Origin: Candidatus Latescibacterota bacterium
GTDB taxonomy: Bacteria > Latescibacterota > UBA2968 > UBA8231
Reading direction: 5' to 3'
Assembly (NCBI GenBank): GCA_964291625.2
Contig: OZ220089.1
Coordinates: forward strand, 704,001-768,000
Length of the DNA: 64,000 bases
Shown here: positions 8,469-18,900 of the stretch, one piece after another
Layout of the letters: the number at the start of each line of letters is the position of its first letter
How positions within the stretch are numbered: position 1 is the stretch's first letter
The notes under the pieces: generated by a model
Told to the model about the DNA's origin: nothing
Databases searched by the model: none
The model's input: only the letters and a program-made list of their open reading frames with translations
Made by a program: the position numbers and the translations under genes

Positions 8469-11400
8469 GAACCATTCGTCGCCTTTTCCCGGGGGCCCTG
8501 CTGCTGGTTGTTGTCGGGGCCGACGCCCTTGTGGCCCAGGCGGGCCGGGTGCGGAGCGCCTGGACCAGCCCGTGCACGTTGTCCGTGGTGCTGGTCACTT
8601 TCAAGGACACCACCGGCCAGGCATCCGGCGACACCTACGACTACGGCGCCCGCGACCTGCCACACGGCTACAGCGCAAACTCCACCACCGGCGCCCTGGA
8701 ACCGGGTACGTCCAGCTACACGATGGACGATTTCGAGCGAATGTTCAGCGGCGGGTATCGCTACTCCGTCAATGGGGAGCCGGCCACGTTGATCCCGGCG
8801 TTTACCGAGATCCAGATAGTGGCCGACAACAACGACGGCGTCAGGGAAACGCTTCCGGAGGTGTTCGGCAGCCTGCGGCACTACTTCCAAGTCATCTCCG
8901 GCGGCGACTTCGAGCTGCGGGTGCGCATCCTCAACTTAGAACGGAACGGGTACCCCGTCTGGGTACAGCTGCCGCAGACCAAAGGGTACTATGCAGACCG
9001 GTTCGACCAGATGAGGGAGGGCGATCTATACTGGAACGACGCCCATGCTGCGATGCGCGATTCGGTGCAGGCCTGGGGTCTGGACGCGACGGAGTACACC
9101 CCTCCCGACACCTTGGCCGGCTTGGCCCGCCGTTTGCGGCACAAGGTGCTGTATCTGTACTCCGGGGCTCAGTTCAACGACCCCGGCCACCCGAGTGTCA
9201 CCAGCCAGCTCCATCCGCAGGCGGACAGGGTCACCGCTCGAAGTCCTACCCAGGCCAGGGACGTCGGTTTCCGCTACGTGGCCGGTGAGCGGACAGGCTC
9301 CGGGGTCCATACGGACGCAGCGGACCGGTTCGGCGCCATCGGTATCCACGCGCACGAAGTCGGCCACTTGGTGGGGCTCAGGCATCCGGATGGCCCCTGG
9401 CAAGGGACCGAGGTGTACACGACCCGGACGGCCACATGCGCCAACGGGCTTACTTTTGGTCGAGGCGGAAGGATGGCCGGCTGGGGCACCATGCAAACCG
9501 GGTCCGACGGGCCGGTGGTCGAGGGGACCCAGCCGAACTCCAGTAGCTCCTACAAGTATGCTTATCCATCCTGCCCGAACCCGTACAACCCGATTTACCT
9601 GCGGCATCTGGACTGGCACAACTGGGAGACGATTGCTGCGACCCAGAAGAACAAGGTGATCCAACCAGGGCGGTACTACTTCATGCAAGGCGATGACGGT
9701 TCGGAGATCGCCGTGGAGTTCCGCACCGCCGAAGGGTTTGGGCGGTACACGGGCTGGTATCGCTTCGACCAGGCTCCGGGCCTGATGATCTGGAAGCGGA
9801 CAGGACTCCAGCGCCCCCGGCTGGTGCCGGCGGACAACCGCTCGGTGTTCGATGCCACCAAGAACTGCCCCCCCCAGCCGAACACCAACCACCCTCCGTG
9901 CAATCCTGCGACGGAGTTCACAGGGACGATCGTCGAAGGGCGGACGCCGCGGAGCTTTAGCAGAACCGCCGTGTATCCCTGGATCGACCGTATCTCCGAT
10001 CCCTTCGGCGCGCTGGAAGGCAACGGGATGCGGTCCACCTTCCTACCCTTGCCGACCCACACGAACGGCACCGGTTTGCCGGCCACGCCGAGGCTAGCCC
10101 GTGCCGATCTGCGCCCGACGGTCACCGCGGCCACGGACGACAGTCACCTCCGGCGGAACACCTTCGGTTGCCAGATTCGGACTCTCGACGCCCCTTCGCG
10201 TCTGGCGTTTCGCAACATCCGGGTAACCCGCGACGCGGCTAACTTGGCCACCGGGAGCGCCTTGGTCGACATCTACTTCGACCATTGGGTCGGCTCGATT
10301 CCCGGGATGGAGACTTGGGCCGGCCCGGACACGGTGTACGTGGGCGGCGACGTGACGATCGAGAGCGGCGCGAGCCTGACGATCGCCAACGGTACGCCGG
10401 TCCGCTTTCTGGCCCCGGTGGGCGCCGACGCCAACGGCCGCCCGGAGTTGATCGTGGCCTCCGGCGGCCGTCTGACCTTGGGCACGGGAGTGACCTTCGG
10501 GACGGTCGACCGGGCCGGGGCCCGCACCGAGATGTACGGGCTGCGGGTGGAGACCGGAGGCACGGCGACCCTGAACGGAGAGACGGTGTCTGAAGGGACT
10601 TACAGTTGGAGCGGCCAGACAGGTTCGGCGGCGCTGCGTCTGGCGACCTTCGGCTCGTCGAGCTACACGCTGATCGAAGGGGGCCAGGCGGTGGAGGCGG
10701 GCCCGATCGGACTGGCCGAGGATCCGAGCCAGGCGTATCGGCGCGCCCGGGTGACGGTGCAGCTGACGCCGGCGCCCAGCGCAGCGGTGAGGATTCCGGT
10801 GGCGGTGGCCTCCGGCTCGTCGGGCTACGAGGTCGATGATCTCGACGCGGCGGGCCTTCTGTTCCCCGCGAGCCGTACCTCGGCGTCGTTCGTGATCCGG
10901 GCGGTACGCGATGCGGACACGGCGGACGAGTCGATCGGGTTGAGCTTCGGGACGTTGCCGGCGGGGGTGGTGGCGGGGGTACCGTCGACGTCGACGGTGA
11001 CGATCTACGACACGCCGAACCAGCCGACGGGCCTGACGGCGACGCCCGGTCACGGCCAGATGACGCTGCGGTGGGCCGACCCGAGCCATTCCGGCATCGC
11101 CGGCTGGCAGTACTGGGCGCAGCCCGTGGGGACGACCCGGGACATCTGGACCCCGATCGAGCCCAGCGGGGCGTCGACGACCGAGGCCACGGTGCCGAAC
11201 CTGACCGACGGCAAGCAGTACAACTTCCGGGTGCGGGCCTACACGCGCGGGTATGGCGTGGCCTCCGAAATGGTGAAGGCGACGCCCACGGGCCTGCAGG
11301 CGACGGCCTACAACGGGGCGGTGGGGCTGGCCTGGGTGGATCCCGGCACCGAGGGCCTGGCGGGCTGGCGCACCCGGCATCAGCCGTTGCCGAGTGGGGA

Positions 11401-14400
11401 ATTCAGCGAGTACACGGTGCATGCCGACGGGGTGGGGACGCACGTGGTCCGGAGTCTGACCAACGACCAGGAGTACCGGTTCGAGGTGCAGGGGCTGAAC
11501 GCGGCGGGGGAGGTGCTGGATCCGTGTCCCTGGAGGATGACGCATCCGTGTACCTGGCAGGCGGTGGCGACGCCGCAGGCGAGCCTGCCGTGGCCGCCGA
11601 ACGTGGCGGGCGAGGTGAGCCTGTCGTCGGCGTCGCCGCAGGTGAACGCGGCGGTGACGGCGACGCTGAGCGACCTGGACGGCGGCGTGCGCGACACCAC
11701 GTGGCAGTGGCAACGGCGGCGGGCGGCCACGGAGCAGTGGACGGCCGTCGACGAGGCGACCTCGTCGAGCCATGCCCCGTCGACCGGGGACCTGGGCTAC
11801 ATGCTGCGGGCGACGGTGGCCTACACCGACCGGCACGGCCCCGGCCAGCGCGCCGAGAGCGAGGCCACGGCGGCGGTGGCGGTGGGTCCGCCGGGTGTGC
11901 CGCAGCGCTTCACTGCGGTGGCCGGCGACGGGCAGGTGTTGGTGACCTGGCAGGCGCCGGCGTCGACGGGCGGGTTGCCCCTGCTGGGCTATCACTACAA
12001 GGAGAGCGGCGGCGGGCGCACGACGGACTGGTTCGAGTTTGGGAAGACCTGGACCCGCTATCTGACGCACAAACGGAACGGGGTGGCCTACACCCTCGAG
12101 GTGCGGGCCTACAACCGGGAGGGAGCGGGGGCGTCGGTGGACACGACGGTCACGCCGGCGGGGGCGCCGTTGGCGCCGGGGGACTTCACGGCGGCGGCTG
12201 GCGACGGGCAGGTGGCGTTGAGTTGGACCGCGGCCGACTCGAACGGCGCACCGATCACCGCCTACGAGGTGCGGCATGCCCCGAAGAGCCATCCGGGGGC
12301 CGAGGTGGACTGGACGGAGGTGGACTGGACGGAGGTGCCGGGGGATTCGACGGCTCGGGACACGACGATCACCGGGCTGAGCAACGGCACGACGTACGTC
12401 TTCCAGGCGGCGGCCCGGAACCGCGTGGGCCTCGGCACGCCGGCCGAGCAGGAGGCGGCGCCGCAAGGCATGGTAGTGACGGCGCCGGACACGGTGTGGT
12501 TCGCCGAACACCGCACCGACTCGGTGGCCCCGCTGTCAACGGATCCGGAAGACGACGCCGTCACCTGGTCGCGCGCGGGGGCGGATGCGGCCCGGTTCGA
12601 GGTGCGGGGGGACACCCTCTACTTCGAGACGGCGCCCGACTTCGAGGAACCGGGCGACGCGGACGAGGACAACTTCTACGAGGTGACGCTCACGGCCACC
12701 GACGACGGCGAGCCGGCCGCCTCGGCCTCCCACGAAATGACGGTGGCGGTGACCAATGTCAACGAGCCGGGCACGATCACCCTGTCGCCCTCGACCCCGA
12801 GGACGTGCGAGCACGTGGAGGCCACCCTCACCGACGAGGACGCCGGGATCGTTACCGAGAGTTCCGCCTCGCCGCCGGGATTCCCCTACGGATGGCGCTG
12901 GGTTCCCCAGACCTCCGCGGCCAGCGGTTCGGCGGGAACCTCCACGACCCGCAGCTACCTGCCGGCCAGTACGCTGGTGGGGAAGACCCTGCGGGTGACG
13001 GTGCAGTACGGGGACGGAGCCTCGGCCCGGAATACGGCCACCCGGACCTCGGGGGCGGTGGCCGCCAACACCCCGCGAACGCCGACCGGGCTGAAATCGA
13101 CGCCCGGCGACGGACAGGTCTCCCTGACCTGGAAAGCGCCGGATGACTGCGGCTCGACGATCACGGGGTACCGGTATTGGTACCGGAAGACGTCGCAGAC
13201 GGCGTGGGCGGACAGCGGGACGGCGGCGGCCACGTCGTTGACGGTCCCGGGGCTCGACAACGACGCGGCCTACCGCTTCGAGATCCGGGCCGCCAACGGC
13301 CAGGGCCGGAGCCGGCCGGCGTCCATCGACGAGACCCCGGTGTCGACGCCGGTGGCGGCGCCCTGCGCTCTGTCGCTATCGGGGGAGAAGACGAGCCCCG
13401 TGACCTACGCGGAGAACGGCACCGGCTCGGTGGACACCTACACGGTCACGCGTTCGAGCGCCTGCGATGCGACGCTCCCGCTCACGTGGTCGCGGGCGGG
13501 GACCGACGCCAGCGACTTCCGTGCGCTGTCCGGTACCGGGTCGTCGCAGGCGCTGCACTTCAACAGTTCCCCGAACTTCGAGGTCAAGAGTTCCTACCGC
13601 CTGACCGTGCAGGTCACCGACGGGTCGGCGTCGGCGAGTCTCCCGGTGACGGTCAAGGTGACCGACGTCAACGAAGCCCCCTCGATCACCGGCCCCGGCC
13701 AGCCCACCATCGATGAAAACTCCCGGCCGGTAGACACGTACACGGCCTCCGATCCCGACGCCGGCGATGTCATCACCTGGCTCTCCTTGAGCGGGGTGGA
13801 AGCCTCGCTCTTCCAGCTGTCCGACCTGTCTCCTGCGCAGACCTTGAAGAGAGAGCTTTCCTTCCGTTCGGCTCCCGACTTCGAGCGCCGTGGCTCGACC
13901 TACGAGGTCAAGGTGAGAGTCCGGGACAAGGCGGGCCTGCCCGCCTCGCTCCGGGTCACCGTCTCCGTGCGCAACATCGACGAGCCGGGCTCCGTCACCT
14001 TCGACAAGTCCACCATCCGGGTCGGGGACTCGGTCACGGCCACCCTGACGGATCCCGACGGCGGGATGACGAATGACCGTTGGACCTGGACTGCTGTGGC
14101 CCCTGGAGCTTCCGGCCAGGACGAGCACGACCCGATCTCGGAATCCCGGACGGCCAAGGCCCCGGAGATCGGATACCGCCTGAAAGCCGTGGTCACCTAC
14201 GATGACCGCCAGGGAACGGGGAAGTCCGCCCAGGCCCTGACCAGTGTCATCCAGATTCCGGTGAACCGGGCGCCCGTCCTCACCGGGGCTTCCACGGTCA
14301 CCCGGGACGAGAACGGCCCTTCCCCCTGGACGGTCACCACCTACACAGCTTCTGACCCCGACAATCCCACAACTCTCTATTTCACCCATCGAGGCGACCA

Positions 14401-15856
14401 GGCCAGCTACTTCCAGCTCACCGGCTCCGGCAACTCCCGGACTCTCGAGTTCAAGAGCCAGCCCGACTACGAGACCCGCCACACCTACAAGGTCCGGGTC
14501 GTGGTCAGCGACAAATCCACCGGCGGCCTCAAGGACTCGGTCTCCACCACGGTCACGCTGAACGACATCGACGACCCGGGAAAGGTGGTCATCACCCACA
14601 CCGCTCCGCGCGTCGGCCAGCGGATCACGGCCAAGCTGTATGACGAGGACGGCGACGTTGCCAACGACCTCTGGTACTGGGTCCCCCTTGCTTCCGGAGC
14701 GTCCGGCACCCAGAGCCTCCGTCCCGACGCCACGAGCCATGCCTACAAGATCAAGGCCTCCGATGTCGGCAAGGTCCTGGAGGCGACCGTGGAGTATGAC
14801 GACGGCGATGGTCACGGCAAGTCCGCTTCCACGAGATCCAACACCGTCTCGGCTTCGGAGCCCGGGGCCCCGAAGAGCTTCACCGCCTCCCGCGGGGACG
14901 GGGAGGTCTATCTCTCCTGGGGCAAGGCCGACGACAACGGCTCCGACATCACCCACTACGAGACCCGCCACAAGGTGCAGACCGCCTCTTCCTGGTCGGG
15001 CTGGTCCCAGGCCGCCCAAGGCGCCGAGGCCCGCGCCGACACCTTCTCCTCCCTCACCAATGGCACGGCCTACGCCTTCGAGGTACGGGCCGAGAACGGC
15101 CAGGGCGAGGGGCCCGCCGCCTCGGACTCGGCGACCCCGGCGGGACTCCCGGGAGCGCCGAAGAGCCTGGCCACGGCCCGGCCCGGGCCCGGCCAGGCGT
15201 CGATCAGCTGGGAGGCGGCCGACGCCAACGGCTCGGACATCACCCGCTACCAGTATCGACGCCGCGTCGGCACCACGGGAAACTGGCGGGGCTGGTTCAC
15301 GGTGACCGGCGGCGGCGACGCCCGCAGCCGCACGGTCTCCGGCCTCAGCGATGCGACCGCCTACACCTGGGAGGTGCGCGCCGAGAACGTGCCCGGCTTC
15401 GGCCCGGCCGCCTCGATCTATCAGCCCCCGGCCGGGCCCGGCGGCAACGTCGGCCAGGTCCCGGACAGCGAAGGCGACAACCTCGGCGACAACGAGGGCG
15501 AGCCCGACACCCCCATGGAGGACGAGTCCGACGACACCGTCACGGCCAAGCCCGTCGCCGGCGGGCTCGCGGGACCGGCGGCGCTGCACGTGACCACGGC
15601 CCCCAACCCGTTCAACTCCAGCACCACCCTGTTCCTTCACCTGCCGACGGCCGGGCCGGTGACCCTGACCGTCTACAACATGGCCGGCCAAGTCGCGGCC
15701 GAGCTGGCCCGCGGCGAGGTCCTGGAGGCCGGTCGGCACGCCCGGGATTGGCACGGCACCGACGAGCACGGCCGGCCGGCGGCCTCCGGCCTCTATCTCT
15801 ACCGGCTGATCGCCGGCGGCCAGGCCCGCGTCGGCAAGATCGCCCTGGTCCGGTAG
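8465..15856 (+). CDS. Giant secreted protein: M6 (immune inhibitor A-like) metalloprotease + fibronectin III, cadherin and Ig-like repeats + FlgD-Ig/T9SS-like C-terminal domain
   Basis: Signal peptide. VVLVTFKD, GSLRHYF, HEVGHLVGLRH and WGTM Met-turn. Many GDGQVxLxW…LxNGxxYxF (FN3) and PDFE/PDYE (cadherin) units. PNPFN…YNMAGQ…W.G.DE.G…ASGLYLYRL tail. Confidence 0.85.
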   Translation: MRTIRRLFPGALLLVVVGADALVAQAGRVRSAWTSPCTLSVVLVTFKDTTGQASGDTYDYGARDLPHGYSANSTTGALEPGTSSYTMDDFERMFSGGYRYSVNGEPATLIPAFTEIQIVADNNDGVRETLPEVFGSLRHYFQVISGGDFELRVRILNLERNGYPVWVQLPQTKGYYADRFDQMREGDLYWNDAHAAMRDSVQAWGLDATEYTPPDTLAGLARRLRHKVLYLYSGAQFNDPGHPSVTSQLHPQADRVTARSPTQARDVGFRYVAGERTGSGVHTDAADRFGAIGIHAHEVGHLVGLRHPDGPWQGTEVYTTRTATCANGLTFGRGGRMAGWGTMQTGSDGPVVEGTQPNSSSSYKYAYPSCPNPYNPIYLRHLDWHNWETIAATQKNKVIQPGRYYFMQGDDGSEIAVEFRTAEGFGRYTGWYRFDQAPGLMIWKRTGLQRPRLVPADNRSVFDATKNCPPQPNTNHPPCNPATEFTGTIVEGRTPRSFSRTAVYPWIDRISDPFGALEGNGMRSTFLPLPTHTNGTGLPATPRLARADLRPTVTAATDDSHLRRNTFGCQIRTLDAPSRLAFRNIRVTRDAANLATGSALVDIYFDHWVGSIPGMETWAGPDTVYVGGDVTIESGASLTIANGTPVRFLAPVGADANGRPELIVASGGRLTLGTGVTFGTVDRAGARTEMYGLRVETGGTATLNGETVSEGTYSWSGQTGSAALRLATFGSSSYTLIEGGQAVEAGPIGLAEDPSQAYRRARVTVQLTPAPSAAVRIPVAVASGSSGYEVDDLDAAGLLFPASRTSASFVIRAVRDADTADESIGLSFGTLPAGVVAGVPSTSTVTIYDTPNQPTGLTATPGHGQMTLRWADPSHSGIAGWQYWAQPVGTTRDIWTPIEPSGASTTEATVPNLTDGKQYNFRVRAYTRGYGVASEMVKATPTGLQATAYNGAVGLAWVDPGTEGLAGWRTRHQPLPSGEFSEYTVHADGVGTHVVRSLTNDQEYRFEVQGLNAAGEVLDPCPWRMTHPCTWQAVATPQASLPWPPNVAGEVSLSSASPQVNAAVTATLSDLDGGVRDTTWQWQRRRAATEQWTAVDEATSSSHAPSTGDLGYMLRATVAYTDRHGPGQRAESEATAAVAVGPPGVPQRFTAVAGDGQVLVTWQAPASTGGLPLLGYHYKESGGGRTTDWFEFGKTWTRYLTHKRNGVAYTLEVRAYNREGAGASVDTTVTPAGAPLAPGDFTAAAGDGQVALSWTAADSNGAPITAYEVRHAPKSHPGAEVDWTEVDWTEVPGDSTARDTTITGLSNGTTYVFQAAARNRVGLGTPAEQEAAPQGMVVTAPDTVWFAEHRTDSVAPLSTDPEDDAVTWSRAGADAARFEVRGDTLYFETAPDFEEPGDADEDNFYEVTLTATDDGEPAASASHEMTVAVTNVNEPGTITLSPSTPRTCEHVEATLTDEDAGIVTESSASPPGFPYGWRWVPQTSAASGSAGTSTTRSYLPASTLVGKTLRVTVQYGDGASARNTATRTSGAVAANTPRTPTGLKSTPGDGQVSLTWKAPDDCGSTITGYRYWYRKTSQTAWADSGTAAATSLTVPGLDNDAAYRFEIRAANGQGRSRPASIDETPVSTPVAAPCALSLSGEKTSPVTYAENGTGSVDTYTVTRSSACDATLPLTWSRAGTDASDFRALSGTGSSQALHFNSSPNFEVKSSYRLTVQVTDGSASASLPVTVKVTDVNEAPSITGPGQPTIDENSRPVDTYTASDPDAGDVITWLSLSGVEASLFQLSDLSPAQTLKRELSFRSAPDFERRGSTYEVKVRVRDKAGLPASLRVTVSVRNIDEPGSVTFDKSTIRVGDSVTATLTDPDGGMTNDRWTWTAVAPGASGQDEHDPISESRTAKAPEIGYRLKAVVTYDDRQGTGKSAQALTSVIQIPVNRAPVLTGASTVTRDENGPSPWTVTTYTASDPDNPTTLYFTHRGDQASYFQLTGSGNSRTLEFKSQPDYETRHTYKVRVVVSDKSTGGLKDSVSTTVTLNDIDDPGKVVITHTAPRVGQRITAKLYDEDGDVANDLWYWVPLASGASGTQSLRPDATSHAYKIKASDVGKVLEATVEYDDGDGHGKSASTRSNTVSASEPGAPKSFTASRGDGEVYLSWGKADDNGSDITHYETRHKVQTASSWSGWSQAAQGAEARADTFSSLTNGTAYAFEVRAENGQGEGPAASDSATPAGLPGAPKSLATARPGPGQASISWEAADANGSDITRYQYRRRVGTTGNWRGWFTVTGGGDARSRTVSGLSDATAYTWEVRAENVPGFGPAASIYQPPAGPGGNVGQVPDSEGDNLGDNEGEPDTPMEDESDDTVTAKPVAGGLAGPAALHVTTAPNPFNSSTTLFLHLPTAGPVTLTVYNMAGQVAAELARGEVLEAGRHARDWHGTDEHGRPAASGLYLYRLIAGGQARVGKIALVR
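12302..12337 (+). repeat. In-frame 15-bp tandem duplication (EVDWT EVDWT EV)
   Basis: GAGGTGGACTGGACG twice, then GAGGTG. Confidence 0.9.
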
Positions 15857-15930
15857 GGGAGTGGCGGCGTGTGCTGTTCCCGATCCTCGCCGACCCTGAG
15901 CGGCGCGGCCGACTCACTGGGAGTTGAGAG

Positions 15931-18900
15931 ATGATGAAAGGGATCCTGCTCGCTCTCACCCTCTCGCCAGTCGCTGTCTGCCATGGCTCTGCCACGTCCT
16001 CGGACAGCCTGCACGCCTGCCTGATTCTCGATCCCGAGCGGGACCCGCCCCTCGCCTACACCGCCGGCAAGCGCCTGGCGGACCTGAACGTCGGCGAGCC
16101 TCGCACCGTGCGGCTGTTCTACTTCCTGCCCAATGACCGTCCCTTCCGCCCGGAGGTCGTGCAGAGGATGAAGGAGGAGATTCTCCACATCCAGGCATGG
16201 TACGGCGAGCAGATGGAGGCTCACGGGTACGGGTACAAGACGTTCCGCGTGGAAACCGACGACGACGGCGATCCAGTCGTTCACCGCGTGGATGGGCAGC
16301 ATCCGGACAGTCACTATCTCGACAGCTGGGTGATCATTCGAGATGAGACCCAGAGCGCCTTCGATCTGTCGCGGAGCATCGTCGCAGTCGTGGTCGACAA
16401 CAGCAACAACCTGCTCAGCCGAAGGGCTGTTGGAACGGCGAGTCTGGGTGGCAAGGAGAGAGGGGTCGCTCTGGTAACGGCTGAGTTCCTCTGGCAGACT
16501 CTGGCGCACGAGCTTGCACACATCTTCGCCCAGGCGTCGCACCACGATTTCCGCAGTGAGAGGTACATCCTGTCCTACGGGGGCTCGAGAAGGGATGTGC
16601 TGTCCGCGTGCAGCGCGGAGGTCATCGCCGTTCATCCCTACTTCAATCCCGATGTCCGCCTTGAGTGGGGCGGCGAGGAGTCGGCCATCCATCTCCTTTC
16701 GGCGAAGGCCTATCCGGAAGGCTCGGAGAGCGTACCCATCCGGCTCAGGGTGAGCGACGTGGACGGGATTCAGCAGGTGAGACTGGTGGTTCGCACCGGT
16801 GCCACGAACCTGGGCGGCGTCCCCTCAGGAGGCCTGGAGCTGAAGACCTGCCGGGGATTGATGGGCGCCGAAGAAGCGGTGGTCGAGATTGACTACGATG
16901 GCGTCATCCCCTCGGGTGCTGCCTTCCACGACCTCTCCGACCCGCAGGTGCATCCAATCTCCATCCAGGTGGTCGACAGGGAGGGAAACAGGGGGGCTCC
17001 TCTCCACTCTGATCTGTGGGAGGTGTCTCGTCAGCACCTGGCCACCTTCGAGGAGGAGGAGGTTCGTGGAGTGGTCTTTGTGTCCGGTGGAACCACACTC
17101 GCCTTCGCGTCGAGAGGGGGAGTGAAGCTATGGAACCTGGAGACACGGACCGGTACGCGAACCCGGCTGGAGGGCCGGGTCTCGCTGGCCCTCTCTGCAG
17201 ACGGCGCGATCTTGGCCTCGGGATCCACCCATGGGCAGATCCAACTCCTGGACCTGGCCAACGACCGCGTGATCGCCACCTTCTCCTCCGGTCATACTCA
17301 CCCGATCCGCTCCCTGGCCTTCTCGTCCGACGGCACGGTCCTCGCCTCCGGGGCGCCGGACGGAATCCGGCTGTGGGCCGTGGGGACGCAGACCCGTACC
17401 GCGACCCTGCCTGTGGGCGTCACGTCCATGGCCCTTTCCCCGAACGGCGCGACTCTCGCCTCCGCCTCAGAGGACGGAGTTCGCCTCTGGGACGTGGCGA
17501 CGCAGACCGAGATCGCTTCCTATTCCCATAGTCGTGATCGCTGGGGGCCCGAGGTCAACACCGTGGCGTTCTCGCCGGACGGAGCCCTGGTCGCCTCCGG
17601 TGGGTTGGATGCCACCGTGCGGCTGTGGGAGGTGGCGACGGGCGAGAACATCGCCGTCTTCGAACACGAGTGGGCCGTCCGTACCGTGGTCTTCTCCCCC
17701 GACGGGAACCTGCTCGCCTCCGGGACGCGCCATGTCGTGAACTTGTGGGACCCGCGGACGAAGGAGAAGCTTGCCCATCTGCGGGGTGAGGGCCGTGGGG
17801 GCACCACGGTGGCCTTTTCGTCCGATGGCACGACACTCGCCGCGGGGGCGGAGGACGGCAAGATCGGACTCTGGGATGTGTCGGAGTGGCTGGAGCCCCG
17901 TCCTCGAAGCCTGGTGATGATCTCGGGCGACGATCAGCAGGCGACGGACAGCGAGCCATTGGCTCCTCTGGTTGTTGAAGTAAGGGATCAGTACGGCCAT
18001 CCCCTGCCCGATGTGGAGATCACATTCGCCGTCACCCGCGGGCAGGGCAAGGTCGGGGACCGGTTCACGGAGAAGAGGGTCCTGAGCGACGCCCGGGGGA
18101 GGGCGGAGGCGATTCTCACTCCCGGTCCGGGCCCCAACACGGTGGAGGTATCGGTGGAGGGGCTGGAGGTCTTGACGTTCCGTTCGGCGGGAACGGACAT
18201 GCCTCCTGTGGTGGGAGATTCCCTCCGGCCTCTCCCCTATGGGGCCTTCAACCGGCTGGGCAAGGGGAGGCTTACCTGGTGGGGGGACCCGCTCATCGCC
18301 TTTTCTCCGAGTGGCGCACTCCTGGCCGTGGGAACGGAAACCGCCGGCATCTGGCTCTACGATGTGGCGGCCCTCCAGGAAGCGGCCTGGCTGCCTGCCC
18401 CCTCCGTTCTCGGCCTCGCCTTTTCCCCTGATGGCCAGACGGTGGCCTCCTGCGCGGATTGGGAGGATCCATGGATCCGGCTCTGGGACGTGGCCACAGG
18501 GGATCAGAAGGCCGCCATTGAGCATCAGCTCAACCCACGGTCCTTGGCCTTCTCGCCGGATGGGAGGACTCTGGCTTCCGGCTCGAACTGGGGGCTTGAG
18601 CTATGGGAGGTGGAGACCGGCGCCCAGATCGCGGCTGTGTCCGAGGCCGAAGGCATATGGGAAATCGGGTCCGTGGCGTTCTCGCCCGATGGGAGCACCC
18701 TGGCGGCCGGGTCACGGAACGATGATTCGGTGACGCTGTGGGACGTGGCCGCCTTCACCCGGACGGCGACCTTCGACGGCCATGCCGGCGACGTCACCGC
18801 CGTCGCGTTCTCGCCCGACGGACGCACCGTCGCCTCCGCGTCGGACGATCACACGGTCAAGCTCTGGGACGTAGCCACGGCCTCCGAGATCGCCACCTTT

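Noticed and set aside
10094-15769. Long antisense and alternative-frame ORFs (805, 691, 797 aa)
   Set aside because: Expected shadows of high-GC3 coding DNA; no recognisable motifs.
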